A stretch of DNA of 64,000 nt, from contig JAHHIM010000021.1 of NCBI GenBank assembly GCA_019358915.1, forward strand, positions 13,214-77,213. Direction: 5' to 3'. Shown in pieces: positions 52,159 through 62,919 of the stretch. The DNA comes from Trichormus sp. ATA11-4-KO1. GTDB lineage: Bacteria > Cyanobacteriota > Cyanobacteriia > Cyanobacteriales > Nostocaceae. Each line of letters begins with the position of its first letter. Within the stretch, counting starts at the first letter, position 1. The notes under the pieces are model-generated. The model was not told the origin of the DNA. It ran no database searches and saw only the letters and a program-made list of their open reading frames with translations. The translations under genes were made by a program, and so were the position numbers.

Positions 52159-52755
52159 ATGGTTATAGCAGCTAATATAATGGCTTTCCTGCTCGCCCCT
52201 TTGACTTTAGGATCTTTTTTACCTTCCCTACCCTTGGATAGCTTATTCTCCACCCAAGGCATTATGGTGATGCTACTGGCAGCTTATGCCGGTGCTATGT
52301 GGATGTTCCTCACCAGTGCCCCAAAAGTACACACCGTTATGGTGTCTGACTTGGAGATTGCCCGACAATTATATGAAGGGTTGCTAGATTTGCCAGCAGC
52401 TGAAGTGCCTTTGCACTACTACTACAACTACGAACAAACATTAGGCGCAACTGGAATTGATCCTCTGTATATGTCTACTAGCCCCAGTTGGTCTAACAAG
52501 GTGATGAACAATACTAATGATGGGCTGTGGTATCAATTGAAGAAAAATACTCAGCTACATGTGATTGGCGGAGCTAGTTTGGGTAGCAAAAATCAGCAAC
52601 GTCACGTTTGCTTCGACCGCGATTGCCTCGATATGATTTTATTGCGAGTAGAAATGCGCGGTTTAAAATTCAAAATTCGCAGCCAAAAACCTCTCAATTT
52701 TCTAGTTAAAGATTATGAAGGGCGGGTTATTGAGATGGCGGAAGTAGCAAATTAG
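52159..52755 (+). CDS. glyoxalase/VOC-like domain membrane protein
   Basis: HTVMVSDLEIARQLYEGLLDL, QLHVI, RHVCF, FLVKDYEGRVIE. Confidence 0.8.
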   Translation: MVIAANIMAFLLAPLTLGSFLPSLPLDSLFSTQGIMVMLLAAYAGAMWMFLTSAPKVHTVMVSDLEIARQLYEGLLDLPAAEVPLHYYYNYEQTLGATGIDPLYMSTSPSWSNKVMNNTNDGLWYQLKKNTQLHVIGGASLGSKNQQRHVCFDRDCLDMILLRVEMRGLKFKIRSQKPLNFLVKDYEGRVIEMAEVAN

Positions 52756-52837
52756 TTCAGTCATGCCAGTAGGGTGGGTTAGTGAAAAAATAACCCACCT
52801 AGCCAAAAATCTGACCAACTTCCGAGTTGGCAAAAGC

Positions 52838-53176
52838 TTAATCTTCGTCCAGCGCTGGAAAAACTTCTTCAAACCGCCACAATTCATCTTTATTATCAAG
52901 GAACCAGATCCGAGTTTCGGCAGTTAATTGGCTCCAAATGATATCACTGGGAATGTGAGGAGATGCATATTGGTATTGCTGACCAAGCGCTTTCAGGTTT
53001 TTCTCTACATCATAGGGAATGCCAAAATTTTGCCAGTCAACTTCTATATGTCTGCCTGAGAGTCCCGCAGTAGGATCGAAAATCAACTGTGCAGCTCTAA
53101 TTAAATCAGCAAAGTGTTTTGGTTTAAGACTAGCTATCTGCTGAATATTGAGAGATTCGTTATGCTCTTGAGACAT
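52838..53176 (-). CDS. hypothetical protein
   Basis: Plausible 112-aa ORF with GTG/ATG-type start context; no recognised motif. Confidence 0.7.
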   Translation of the reverse strand: MSQEHNESLNIQQIASLKPKHFADLIRAAQLIFDPTAGLSGRHIEVDWQNFGIPYDVEKNLKALGQQYQYASPHIPSDIIWSQLTAETRIWFLDNKDELWRFEEVFPALDED

Positions 53177-53837
53177 TGTACTGGAGTGGTAAAAATTTGT
53201 CGTCTATTGAACCTATTGCCAGAGATTTTTACCCCAATGCCTTTAGTTTAGCGCAGAGCCGCTCTGGTGGATAGTTTGCTCAAAAATTAAGTGTTTTGCT
53301 TTTTAACCACTAAGACACTAAGACACCAAGAAAAATATATTACCCCTTGAAAGGGCTAGTCTATGTAAGATAAATTTTTGTTCGTACTGAGCAATTTAGC
53401 GCTTTCTTACGAGGCTACTTCGTATCTATATTTTTGCATGAGTTTACATAAGTCATGAAAGTTTAGTATCACGGTTGTTAAAGAGCTAATAAAACCGTAA
53501 ATAAATCACTAAAAAACATTTTTAGCTTGATATTATGATTCTACTTTTGGTCTATTGCAAGATATAGATACAAGCAAGCCATTACATCTTTCATGGTATG
53601 TGTATTAGACTTAATTTAAAACTGTTGTATCTGTCATCAAAGACATTTTTGAAACAATTTATTCTGTCTTTTTATTTTCACTAAATCACCTATTAGATAG
53701 ATAAAATCAAGCCTGAACTTAGCGGTATTAGTTATTTACTAGGTGGGCAATTTTTATAGGTTCAATTTACATGTTCTAGAACTGAAAAATGAATCAATTC
53801 AAAATTCAAAATTCAAAATAAAATTGGAGGAAAGGTT

Positions 53838-54809
53838 ATGGCAAGGTTTGGCTATCATGCCTCCCATGAGCAGTTTAAGCCGAGCGCTCTTTTAAATTAC
53901 GTACAAGCCGCTCATCAGGCTGGATTTAGTCGCATATCTTGTTCTGATCACTTTCATCCGTGGAGCGATCGCCAAGGTGAAAGCGGCTATGCTTGGTCTT
54001 GGTTAGGTGCAGCAATGCAGTCCATACCTCTGAATTTCGGAGTAGTTTGCGCCCCCGGACAGCGCTATCACCCGGCAATTATTGCTCAAGCGGCAGCTAC
54101 CCTCGCCGAAATGTTTCCCCAGCGCTTTTGGGTAGCACTGGGCAGTGGTCAGGCACTGAATGAGATGATTACAGGCGATCGCTGGCCTGTGAAAGCTGTA
54201 CGCAACGCCCGCCTCAAAGAGTGCGCTGACGTGATCCGCGCCCTCTGGAGAGGAGAAACTGTCACTCACGATGGTTTGGTATGTGTAGAGGAAGCAAAGC
54301 TTTATACCCGACCACCAGTAGCACCATTAATCATTGGCGCGGCAATTACGCCGCCAACCGCCGAGTGGCTGGGAAGTTGGGCAGATGGATTAATCACCAT
54401 CTCTCACCCCCATGAAAAACTCAAACAAGTTGTAGAAGCGTTCCGTCGGGGTGGTGGACAAGGAAAGCCAATGTATCTCAAGGTACAGCTTTCTTATGCA
54501 GCAGATGAAGATACAGCCCTTCAGGGAGCCTATGACCAGTGGCGGACAAATATCTTTCAAAGTCCTGTTTTGACTGACCTCCGACATCCAAAGCAATTTG
54601 AGGCGATCGCTGAATTTGTCAAACCGATGGATATGTATAAATACGTGCGTATCTCTGCCGATTCTCAACAGCATATTGAATGGCTTAAGCAAGATATCGA
54701 ACTCGGCTTTAACGAAATTTACTTACATAACGTTAACCGTGAACAACAGACTTTCATCGAGGTTTTTGGCAAACAGGTAATCCCAGCACTTGAAGGAGTA
54801 AAAAGTTAA
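53838..54809 (+). CDS. LLM-class flavin-dependent oxidoreductase (TIGR03885-like)
   Basis: GGAGG RBS; GYHASHEQF, SDHFHPW, WSWLGAA, RYHPAIIAQAAATL, GSGQALNE. Confidence 0.9.
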   Translation: MARFGYHASHEQFKPSALLNYVQAAHQAGFSRISCSDHFHPWSDRQGESGYAWSWLGAAMQSIPLNFGVVCAPGQRYHPAIIAQAAATLAEMFPQRFWVALGSGQALNEMITGDRWPVKAVRNARLKECADVIRALWRGETVTHDGLVCVEEAKLYTRPPVAPLIIGAAITPPTAEWLGSWADGLITISHPHEKLKQVVEAFRRGGGQGKPMYLKVQLSYAADEDTALQGAYDQWRTNIFQSPVLTDLRHPKQFEAIAEFVKPMDMYKYVRISADSQQHIEWLKQDIELGFNEIYLHNVNREQQTFIEVFGKQVIPALEGVKS

Positions 54810-54811
54810 TT

Positions 54812-57001
54812 ATGCGAGTAACTGTTGGCCCACCAATTCTGATGATTAATCATGGCAGTACCTTTATGGCAACTGACTTGAGCGGTCAAATCAATCCTTA
54901 TAGTCATCTTGGTATTTTTTCAGATGATACTCGCTTTTTAAGTAACTATGCTTGCTACGTGGATAGTAACCCTTGGATTCGTTTAACTTCGACAACTACA
55001 AGATATTATGCAGCGCGGGTTTACCTGACAAATCCTCAGTTCACATCCAGATACGGCACAGTTGCTCAAGGTGACTTATCCTTAATTATTAGCCGCACAG
55101 TAGAACAGGGCATTCATGAGGATCTCGACATCACCAATCATGGTCTGGAACCTGTCAGCTTTAATCTAGAAATTACCCTGCGTTCAGACTTTGCCGATAT
55201 CTTCGAGGTAGAGTCACAGCAATTTGTGCGTCGAGGACATATTGAAACGAGATGGCATGAAAAGCAAAATCAGCTAGAAACTAGCTATCAGAATGATAAT
55301 TTTTATCGATGCTTGATTTACAAGCCGAGTAACTACTCATCTGATCCCCACTATGCAAATGGTTGCGTCACCTTTGATGTGGCACTAGAACCGGGTGAAA
55401 GCTGGCACGCCTGCTGTAAATATAATCTGATTGATCATGAACACGTTCGTGAGGCCGTTGATTATTGTTATCAAACAATGGTAGACCTTACTATCATCAA
55501 TACGGAAATTGAGAGGCTACATTGTCAATGGCGTGATTCTGTAACTGGTATTGTCTGTGCTAATGAAGATGTGGTGCGAATATACCGCCAGTCAATTGAG
55601 GACTTGGGGTCACTGCGACTATATGACTACGATTTTGAGCCTGATGTTTGGCTACCAGCAGCAGGTGTACCCAAGTTTGTGACGTTGTTCGGTCGTGATA
55701 GCTTGATTATCAGCCTGCAAAATATGATTGTCCATCCGGGTTTTGCCCGTGGCGCACTGCAAAAACTCGGACAGTTGCAAGCTAAAGAGTTAGACGATTG
55801 GCGTGATGCCCAACCTGGTAAGATTCTTCATGAAGTCCGCCAGGGTGAATTAGCACATTTTCAACACATACCCCATACACCCTATTACGGTACTGCTGAT
55901 GCGACGCCATTGTTTTTAATTACATTACATGAAACCTGGAAGTGGTTGGGAGATAATTCACTGTTGCAGGATAATCGGGATGTGGCTCTGCGCTGTCTGG
56001 AGTGGATTGATATTTATGGAGACTTGGACGGCGATGGCTTTCAAGAGTACCAAACCCAATCTTCAGGAGGAATTGAAAATCAAGGTTGGAAAGATTCCGG
56101 AAATGCGATCGTTTATCCTGATGGGAGTCAGGTAAAAGCACCAAAGGCATTATGTGAATTACAAGGTTATGTTTTTGATGCTTGGATGCGGATGGCTGAG
56201 GTGTTTGATGTGCTGGGTGAGAGTAATTTTGCTCAAGAGTTACGTATTAAGGCCGCTAAACTCCAAGTACGCTTTGAGGAACAGTTTTGGAGTGATGATT
56301 TAGACTGTTATGTTTTTACTTTAGATCCAGATAAACAACCAGTGCGATCGCTTACTTCCAATGCAGGTCATTGTCTGTGGAGTGGTATCGCCAGTCCTGA
56401 ACATGCAGCTCGTGTGGTCAAGCGGCTGATGCAACCAGATATGTGGAGTGGCTGGGGCATTCGTACCTTAAGCACCAAAAACCCTGCTTACAATCCTTAC
56501 TCTTATCACCTAGGTTCGGTTTGGCCTCATGATAACGGCATTATTGCTCTGGGATTTAAACGTTACGGTTTTGCTACTGAAGCCGCCCAGGTTGCTTACG
56601 GTATTTTTGATGCCGCTAAATATTTTGCTAGCTATCGCCTACCAGAACTATTTGCTGGCATTCAGCGCCAACCAGGAGCTTTTCCTGTTCCTTACATAGA
56701 GGCAAACGTGCCCCAAGGCTGGGCAGCTGCATCAGTTTTCCAGCTAATCCAAGCCATGCTGGGTTTACAAGCTGATGCCCCGAATCAGTTGCTTTACGTT
56801 GACCCACACTTACCAGAATGGCTACCTGAACTCGAACTCCAGCACGTAGAAATTGGCAATGCTCGTGTGGATTTACAGTTTTGGCGGGAAGGCGAGATCA
56901 CCCACTGGGATGCTGTTGTCAAATCTGGGGCTGTGGAAATTAAACAGCAAGTTTGGCAACCCTGGCACAGTACAGCTTCGTTAGTGAGAGACTTAAGCTA
57001 A
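54812..57001 (+). CDS. amylo-alpha-1,6-glucosidase / glycogen debranching enzyme family
   Basis: DTRFLS, DFADIFEV, AAGVP.F.TLFGRDSLI, PGKILHE, YYGTADATPL, NQGWKDS, YHLGSVWPHDN; 2 bp after the LLM gene. Confidence 0.92.
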   Translation: MRVTVGPPILMINHGSTFMATDLSGQINPYSHLGIFSDDTRFLSNYACYVDSNPWIRLTSTTTRYYAARVYLTNPQFTSRYGTVAQGDLSLIISRTVEQGIHEDLDITNHGLEPVSFNLEITLRSDFADIFEVESQQFVRRGHIETRWHEKQNQLETSYQNDNFYRCLIYKPSNYSSDPHYANGCVTFDVALEPGESWHACCKYNLIDHEHVREAVDYCYQTMVDLTIINTEIERLHCQWRDSVTGIVCANEDVVRIYRQSIEDLGSLRLYDYDFEPDVWLPAAGVPKFVTLFGRDSLIISLQNMIVHPGFARGALQKLGQLQAKELDDWRDAQPGKILHEVRQGELAHFQHIPHTPYYGTADATPLFLITLHETWKWLGDNSLLQDNRDVALRCLEWIDIYGDLDGDGFQEYQTQSSGGIENQGWKDSGNAIVYPDGSQVKAPKALCELQGYVFDAWMRMAEVFDVLGESNFAQELRIKAAKLQVRFEEQFWSDDLDCYVFTLDPDKQPVRSLTSNAGHCLWSGIASPEHAARVVKRLMQPDMWSGWGIRTLSTKNPAYNPYSYHLGSVWPHDNGIIALGFKRYGFATEAAQVAYGIFDAAKYFASYRLPELFAGIQRQPGAFPVPYIEANVPQGWAAASVFQLIQAMLGLQADAPNQLLYVDPHLPEWLPELELQHVEIGNARVDLQFWREGEITHWDAVVKSGAVEIKQQVWQPWHSTASLVRDLS

Positions 57002-57019
57002 TCATAATTATTCTCGCTG

Positions 57020-58270
57020 TCAATGACGACACAGCATTTTCCACAGGTAGACAAAGCGAACATGATTAATTGGGCGGATATCGAAGGGTAACTTGACGAT
57101 AAAATTACTACCTTTTGTGAATTCACTCTGTACATTTATACTGCCGTGGTGCGCGTGAACAATTGCTTGCGCGATCGCTAATCCTAATCCAGAACCACCA
57201 GTACTACGGGAGCGATCGCTATGCACTCGGTAGAAGCGATCAAAAATACGCAAAATTTCCTGTTGCGGAATGCCAATGCCTGTATCTTGCACCTGAATTA
57301 CAGCATAATTGTCACTACGGTCTAAGAAAATTGTGACTTTTCCGCCTTGTGGTGTGTATTGAATGGCATTAACAATTAAGTTAGAAAACAAACGATAAAG
57401 CTGGTCTTCATTGCCAATCACATTCAGAGGCGTAGACACCCGTACTGAAGATGTCAGCACTACACCTGATGCGATCGCCAACGCTGCAAATTCTTCTCTT
57501 AAGTCGTCAATAATATCATTTAAGGAACAAATGTCACTTTGTCTTGGCATAGGTTGCCGATCTAGGCGAGTCAGTAGCAGCAAATCTGTCACTAGGGTTG
57601 TAAGTCGCTGATTCTGACGTTGTATGGTTCGGAGAATCTCGCCCGCCTCTGTTTGTTTCTGTTGTGACATCAAAAGTGCTGATTCTACCGTCGCTTGAGT
57701 TGCGGCTAATGGTGTCCTTAATTCGTGGGCGGCATCTGCTGTAAACTGTTGAATTTGCTTGTATGAATGATAAATCGACTGCATTGCTAATCCTGCTAAC
57801 CACCAACTAGCAAGACCAATTAGAGTCAATGAAATAGGTAATCCCAATGCGAAAGTGAGTTTTATCGCATTCAGATAACTAGTAAAATCTGCAAGACTCC
57901 GCCCTACTTGGATGTAACCCCAATCACGATGCTCTTGGGTATGCAAAACAAACGAAATTTGGTGGTAAAGGTTACCTTTGTTGTCTTTAAGAGTTTGCCA
58001 AGGTTCGTTGTTAAAGTTTAAAGATAATCCATTTGGATGAGCGCCTGCTATAGCCATCAAGCGCCCAGAATTATCGAAAAACCGCACATAGTAATTACTT
58101 TGGTTGATGGCACTTAAAACATGGCGCTGGGAACTTGATAACTCTTGAATACAGCTTTTTCCCACTACACAAATATTGGGTAAGAGTTGCTGTATTACAG
58201 GTTCTAATTTACCAGGTTGTTGTAGTTTTAGTTCAATACTCTCGTGCAGTGTTCCCGCTACAGATTCCAG
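57020..58270 (-). pseudogene. rppB: RppB/NrsS-like sensor histidine kinase lacking its N-terminus (start and first TM deleted)
   Basis: Begins abruptly at LESVAGTLHESIE (periplasmic part); only one TM precedes FTADAAHELRTP; catalytic domain intact. Confidence 0.72.
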
Positions 58271-58911
58271 TCGCAACCACTATTCGCTAATTTACGACGC
58301 AGTAAGCGCATTTGTGCTGCTACCACATTACTAATCGGTTCTGCACTCACTTCCCAAAGCTGATTGCGAATTTGTTCAGTAGTCAAAATTTGATTTGGGT
58401 GCTTCATAAAATACTCTAGTAACTGGAATTCTTTATTTGTCAGAGGAATTACCTGTTTATTCCCTGCATTATTTTGACTAATAACTATATTGTTACCGTA
58501 ATCTAGAGTTAAGTTACCAACAGTTAATTCTTGTGGTTGAAATTGAGGCGATCGCCTCTGCAATGCCCGCAACCTGGCTAATAATTCTGCCATGCCAAAT
58601 GGCTTGACCAAGTAGTCATCTGCACCTGCATCCAAACCAGCAACTTTATCTTCCATTCTGTCTTTAGCAGTCAGCATTAACACAGGTAAAGAATTTTTGT
58701 GATGACGTAGCTGTTTGCATAACTCCAGTCCTGATATTTCAGGTAGCATCCAATCAAAAATAGCTAGAGTATATTGTGTCCAACTATATTCTAAATATGC
58801 CCATGCTTCACTTCCATTTAGTACCCAGTCAACTAAATACTTCTGCTGCGTTAGACTTTGCTTAATCGCCGCACCTAAATCTGGTTCATCCTCGACTAAT
58901 AACACCCTCAT
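58258..58911 (-). pseudogene. rppA: RppA/NrsR-like OmpR-family response regulator, C-terminally truncated
   Basis: REC + wHTH up to SNVVAAQMRLLRRKLANSGC, then DWNL-stop; the terminal IET..G.GY wing is missing. Confidence 0.72.
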
Positions 58912-59579
58912 ATAATTTATTTGTTAATTACAAATTTTTAATGTTTAATAACTCTTTTAAAAGAAGAGTTTTATTAGGTTTGAATCATTGATTTTTTCAT
59001 GTAAAAAAAAATTTTTAAATTCATTTCCTAAAATTGTCAAAGTCTCCTCATTTATTGACCTAAAATTCAGTTTCCGGTTTAAATGCCACCTTTTATTTGA
59101 GTTCTAGATAACAAATAAGCATAATTAATGACGTATTTTTTTATACCAAGCGTCAACTATTTAGTAATTGAGTATAATAAATAAAAATAACTGTATTGTG
59201 ACTAACATTATCCTAATTACTTTGCCTGACAGATTAGAGAAATGAAAATTTCTTGAGCAAACATTTAGCCAATGGGTAGATGTAAGTCATAAAAATAATC
59301 GGGGGTAGTAGCAATGATGGAAATATTTTGGTTTTCGGTTTGCTTTTTTCTGTTACTGATTGGCTTAAGTCTGGTAGCAGAAACTTGGTTTTATGAAGAA
59401 GAACAACAAATGTCACGTTAGTATTGTAAAACAAAGCCTACAGTTGTGTTCCAGTCCATTTTTGGTGAGCAAGTTAAATTAAAATTTCTAGCTAAGGCGT
59501 GAGTTGATTTTTGAGCAAAAGTACCTTACAGCTTTGTTAGCGATCATAGCTGAGAAGTGGCAGATTTTAGGAGGTAGCT

Positions 59580-59942
59580 GTGGGGCGTAAACGCTTGATT
59601 ATCGAAATGGGAATGGGAATAGATCAGCACGGACAAGAACCAACAGTAGCAGCAGCTAGGGCTGTACGTAATGCGATCGCTCACAACGCCCTACCTGGTG
59701 TTTGGGAGGTTGCTGGTTTGCATGATCCCGATGAAATGATTGTGGAAGTCCAAGTAGCGGTTCCTTATCCAGAACAAGTTAAGGAACAAGAGGTACTAGC
59801 TGTACTCCCATTTGGCCGCAAAACCCTGACTGTAGAATCCGGTGGGATGGTGGTTCAAGGACGAGCTATTGCCTCTCTGAACGATAAAAATGACGAAATG
59901 TTGATAGCTGTTGCCTCTGTTACAGTTTTAATTGACGATTAA
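59580..59942 (+). CDS. Lin0512 family protein
   Basis: AGGAGG RBS, GTG start; IEMGMGIDQHGQ..T.AA.RAVRNAI. Confidence 0.88.
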   Translation: MGRKRLIIEMGMGIDQHGQEPTVAAARAVRNAIAHNALPGVWEVAGLHDPDEMIVEVQVAVPYPEQVKEQEVLAVLPFGRKTLTVESGGMVVQGRAIASLNDKNDEMLIAVASVTVLIDD

Positions 59943-60020
59943 TCACGCTGCTTCACCACGCAAGGGTCATCATTTGGCGTGAGCCTAGTTCATGTTTTCA
60001 ATCAGCAATGCTCAAACTAT

Positions 60021-60293
60021 TTATTGCAGTTCCTCTTTTTGCAATAATCTATCCAGCTTATTCTCAATTGCTGCAAGTTTCTTGAGAATAGTAGGGCGAT
60101 CGCCATCGAGAGAAATTAGTAAGTTAACTATTGTCTCATGTACATTCGTTAATCTTGCCACTGCATTCTGAAGTTGTATCATTCCTTCCCGGAGTTCTTG
60201 CCGTTCCTGCCGAGCATCAGCTATTTCATCCAACATCGCCTGGGCTGTTTTAGCATTACTCTCCATTAGTTGTTTGATTTCTTTGTCAGTCAT
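60021..60293 (-). CDS. hypothetical coiled-coil protein
   Basis: MTDKEIKQLMESNAK...; heptad pattern. Confidence 0.7.
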   Translation of the reverse strand: MTDKEIKQLMESNAKTAQAMLDEIADARQERQELREGMIQLQNAVARLTNVHETIVNLLISLDGDRPTILKKLAAIENKLDRLLQKEELQ

Positions 60294-60728
60294 TGCAATT
60301 AAGCTGCGAGATTGGGGTTGTTACTTATCATAAAAATTACCATATCCACGGCTACTATACACTTTAAAGACCATCATCAATGGCACACGGAAAGCTATTC
60401 ATTTGATTGATATCTTGATGAAAGAGTTAAACCGTCAAATCAGCAAACTCAGAAATTCCGAGGAATTTTTAGAAAGTAAACAATTAATCCTCAATTGATT
60501 CTCAAGTATCCTGGTAATGACGAGTTTAAACATGTGCGATCAACTCTTAAAAGGTTTGAACTGCATTGAAGTAGATACTTCAACTTCAATGCTTACCTCT
60601 GCGTTACCTCCCTTCGGATGATGCCTCCGGCAGAGCAGCTATTCCCATCAGATCTGTACACCAGTCGCCTGAGTCGGGCTAACCTGGACACAGTGTTAGT
60701 TCACTGCGTATCTGTGCGTTAAAAAATC

Positions 60729-61037
60729 GGTGTTGCTGAATCAAGGGATGATTCTTGTGGGGTGGGCAATCTTGCCCGCCCGGAAATACAAGGGACGGGC
60801 AAGATGCCCATCCCACAAAACCAGCAAAATCATCCCGCAAATATGTAATGCCAAAAATCGGTGTTGCTGAATCAGAGTATAAAATTTCACAACTACATTT
60901 GTTCAACTCTTATTCTTTGCAACGCCAGTTGCTACAAGTCGGGGAAACCGCCCAACGCACTAGCTTACCTTTGCGCCTATGCGTATTAGCAAAGCGGGGC
61001 GTAGCCCGGCTAATTCATACATTTAATCAGTAACGCC
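60729..61037. mobile_element. two tandem MITE-like elements with GGTGTTGCTGAATCA-type ends
   Basis: AAAAATCGGTGTTGCTGAATCA at 60722 and 60853; inverted right ends at about 60828-60852 and 61013-61037; internal long palindrome 60745-60836. Confidence 0.6.
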
Positions 61038-61064
61038 AAAAAATAATTGGTCTTTCTTGACTTT

Positions 61065-62831
61065 TTACATCCTTTCTAATACCGGAATTCCCAGCAAAAA
61101 TAATCCCAGTTTCAGAGTTTTAGCTGTCAAATCACACAGAAGCAAGCGAGATGTCCGCAGTGGTTCCTCAGCTTCAAGCACCCGCACTCCTTGGTTACGG
61201 TCGTAAAACTGATTAAACTTTTTACTTAACTCATACAAATATTCACATAAACGATTGGGTAGCAAATCTTGCTCTACAGTACTAATAATTTCATCTAATT
61301 GCAGTAAATACTTAGCCAATGCTAATTCTGTTTCATGCTGCAACAAGACTTTGACATTATCTCCCAACTCTTCAAAATTAATCCCACCCTTGCGGCTAAT
61401 CCCCTGAATCCGCGCATAAGCATACAGCATATAGGGCGCAGTATTACCTTTAAGATCCAGCATTTTGTCGTAGCTGAAAATGTAATTACTGGTACGGTTT
61501 TGACTTAAATCAGCATATTTAACCGCACTAATACCAACTACCTTGGCAACTTGATTAATGAATTCTTCAGTTTCTTCCCGCTCTTCCTCTTGTAATCTGG
61601 TTTTTAAATCTGCACGAGCGCGAATTACTGCTTCATCTAATAAATCCCGCAGCCTAACAGTATCACCAGAACGAGTTTTAAATTTTTTCCCATCTTCCCC
61701 TAACACCAAACCAAAGGGAACATGAACAAGTTGCACATCATCAGGAATCCATCCAGCTTTGTGCGCTACTTGGAAGAACTGGGCAAAGTGGTTTCCTTGT
61801 CCAGCATCTGTTACATAAATTATGCGCTTTGCTTCATCCTGTTGAATTCGGTAACGCAGGGATGCTAAGTCTGTAGTGGCGTAATTATAGCCACCGTCAG
61901 ATTTTTGCACAATTAAGGGTAGAGGTTCACCTTCCCTATTAGTAAAGCCTTCTAAGAAAACACACTTTGCTCCTTGATTTTCTACCAGTAAACCGGATTT
62001 CTCCAAATCTTCCACGACTGCTGGTAGTAGAGGATTATAAAAAGATTCTCCACGTTCAATTATTTGCACATCCAGCAAATCATAAATGACCTGAAACTCC
62101 CGCCTTGACTGTTCACACAGCATTTTCCAAGCATGGAGTGTATCTTCTGCACCTGCTTGTAATCTTACGACTTCCTGGCGTGCTGTCTCTTGAAAAGTTT
62201 CATCTTCATCAAACCGCTTTTTAGCTTGGCGGTAGAAACTGACTAAATCTCCAATATTTAAAGCATTGGCAGTTGTTAGTGCTTCCGGGTAAACTTCTCG
62301 CAAGTAGGCGATTAACATCCCAAATTGCGTACCCCAATCACCCACATGATTTAATCGCAGGACATCATGTCCCTGAAATTCCAAAATTCGAGCAATGGAA
62401 TCACCAATAATTGTGGAACGCAAGTGTCCGACATGCATTTCTTTGGCAATATTCGGACTAGAAAAATCCACAATTTCCCGTTTTGGTGTTTTTGCCTTTG
62501 GGAGTCCTAGTCTAGAATCTAACTGAATAGCATTTAGTTGCGTTTCTAGGTATGTTGTTTTCAGTTTCAGGTTAATAAATCCTGACCCAGCAATTTCCGG
62601 TGATTCGCAAACATCAGATACATCTAGTTTATCAACGATCGCAGAAGCGATCGCCCTTGGTTGCTGTCCTAACTGCTTACTCAAGGATAAAGCTACATTT
62701 GCCTGATAATCACCAAATTTGGGATTACTAGCAAAAACCAAAATCGGGTCTACTCCGGCGTAGTCATCGCCAAAAGCAGCCACCAAAGCCTGGGAAAATT
62801 TAAGTTTTAGTTGTTCTTGTGTAGCGTTCAT
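61065..62831 (-). CDS. argS: arginine--tRNA ligase
   Basis: [52 protein letters not shown]. Confidence 0.98.
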   Translation of the reverse strand: MNATQEQLKLKFSQALVAAFGDDYAGVDPILVFASNPKFGDYQANVALSLSKQLGQQPRAIASAIVDKLDVSDVCESPEIAGSGFINLKLKTTYLETQLNAIQLDSRLGLPKAKTPKREIVDFSSPNIAKEMHVGHLRSTIIGDSIARILEFQGHDVLRLNHVGDWGTQFGMLIAYLREVYPEALTTANALNIGDLVSFYRQAKKRFDEDETFQETARQEVVRLQAGAEDTLHAWKMLCEQSRREFQVIYDLLDVQIIERGESFYNPLLPAVVEDLEKSGLLVENQGAKCVFLEGFTNREGEPLPLIVQKSDGGYNYATTDLASLRYRIQQDEAKRIIYVTDAGQGNHFAQFFQVAHKAGWIPDDVQLVHVPFGLVLGEDGKKFKTRSGDTVRLRDLLDEAVIRARADLKTRLQEEEREETEEFINQVAKVVGISAVKYADLSQNRTSNYIFSYDKMLDLKGNTAPYMLYAYARIQGISRKGGINFEELGDNVKVLLQHETELALAKYLLQLDEIISTVEQDLLPNRLCEYLYELSKKFNQFYDRNQGVRVLEAEEPLRTSRLLLCDLTAKTLKLGLFLLGIPVLERM

Positions 62832-62919
62832 ATATACAACATATATAAATATTATTTGTTTGAGTTGGCTATGGACCGTCTAATGCTTAGACTTTCTCCA
62901 AAACTTGATTATTTTAACC

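Noticed and set aside
60679..61033. Short ORFs on both strands
   Set aside because: They lie within MITE/REP-like repeats and are not credible genes
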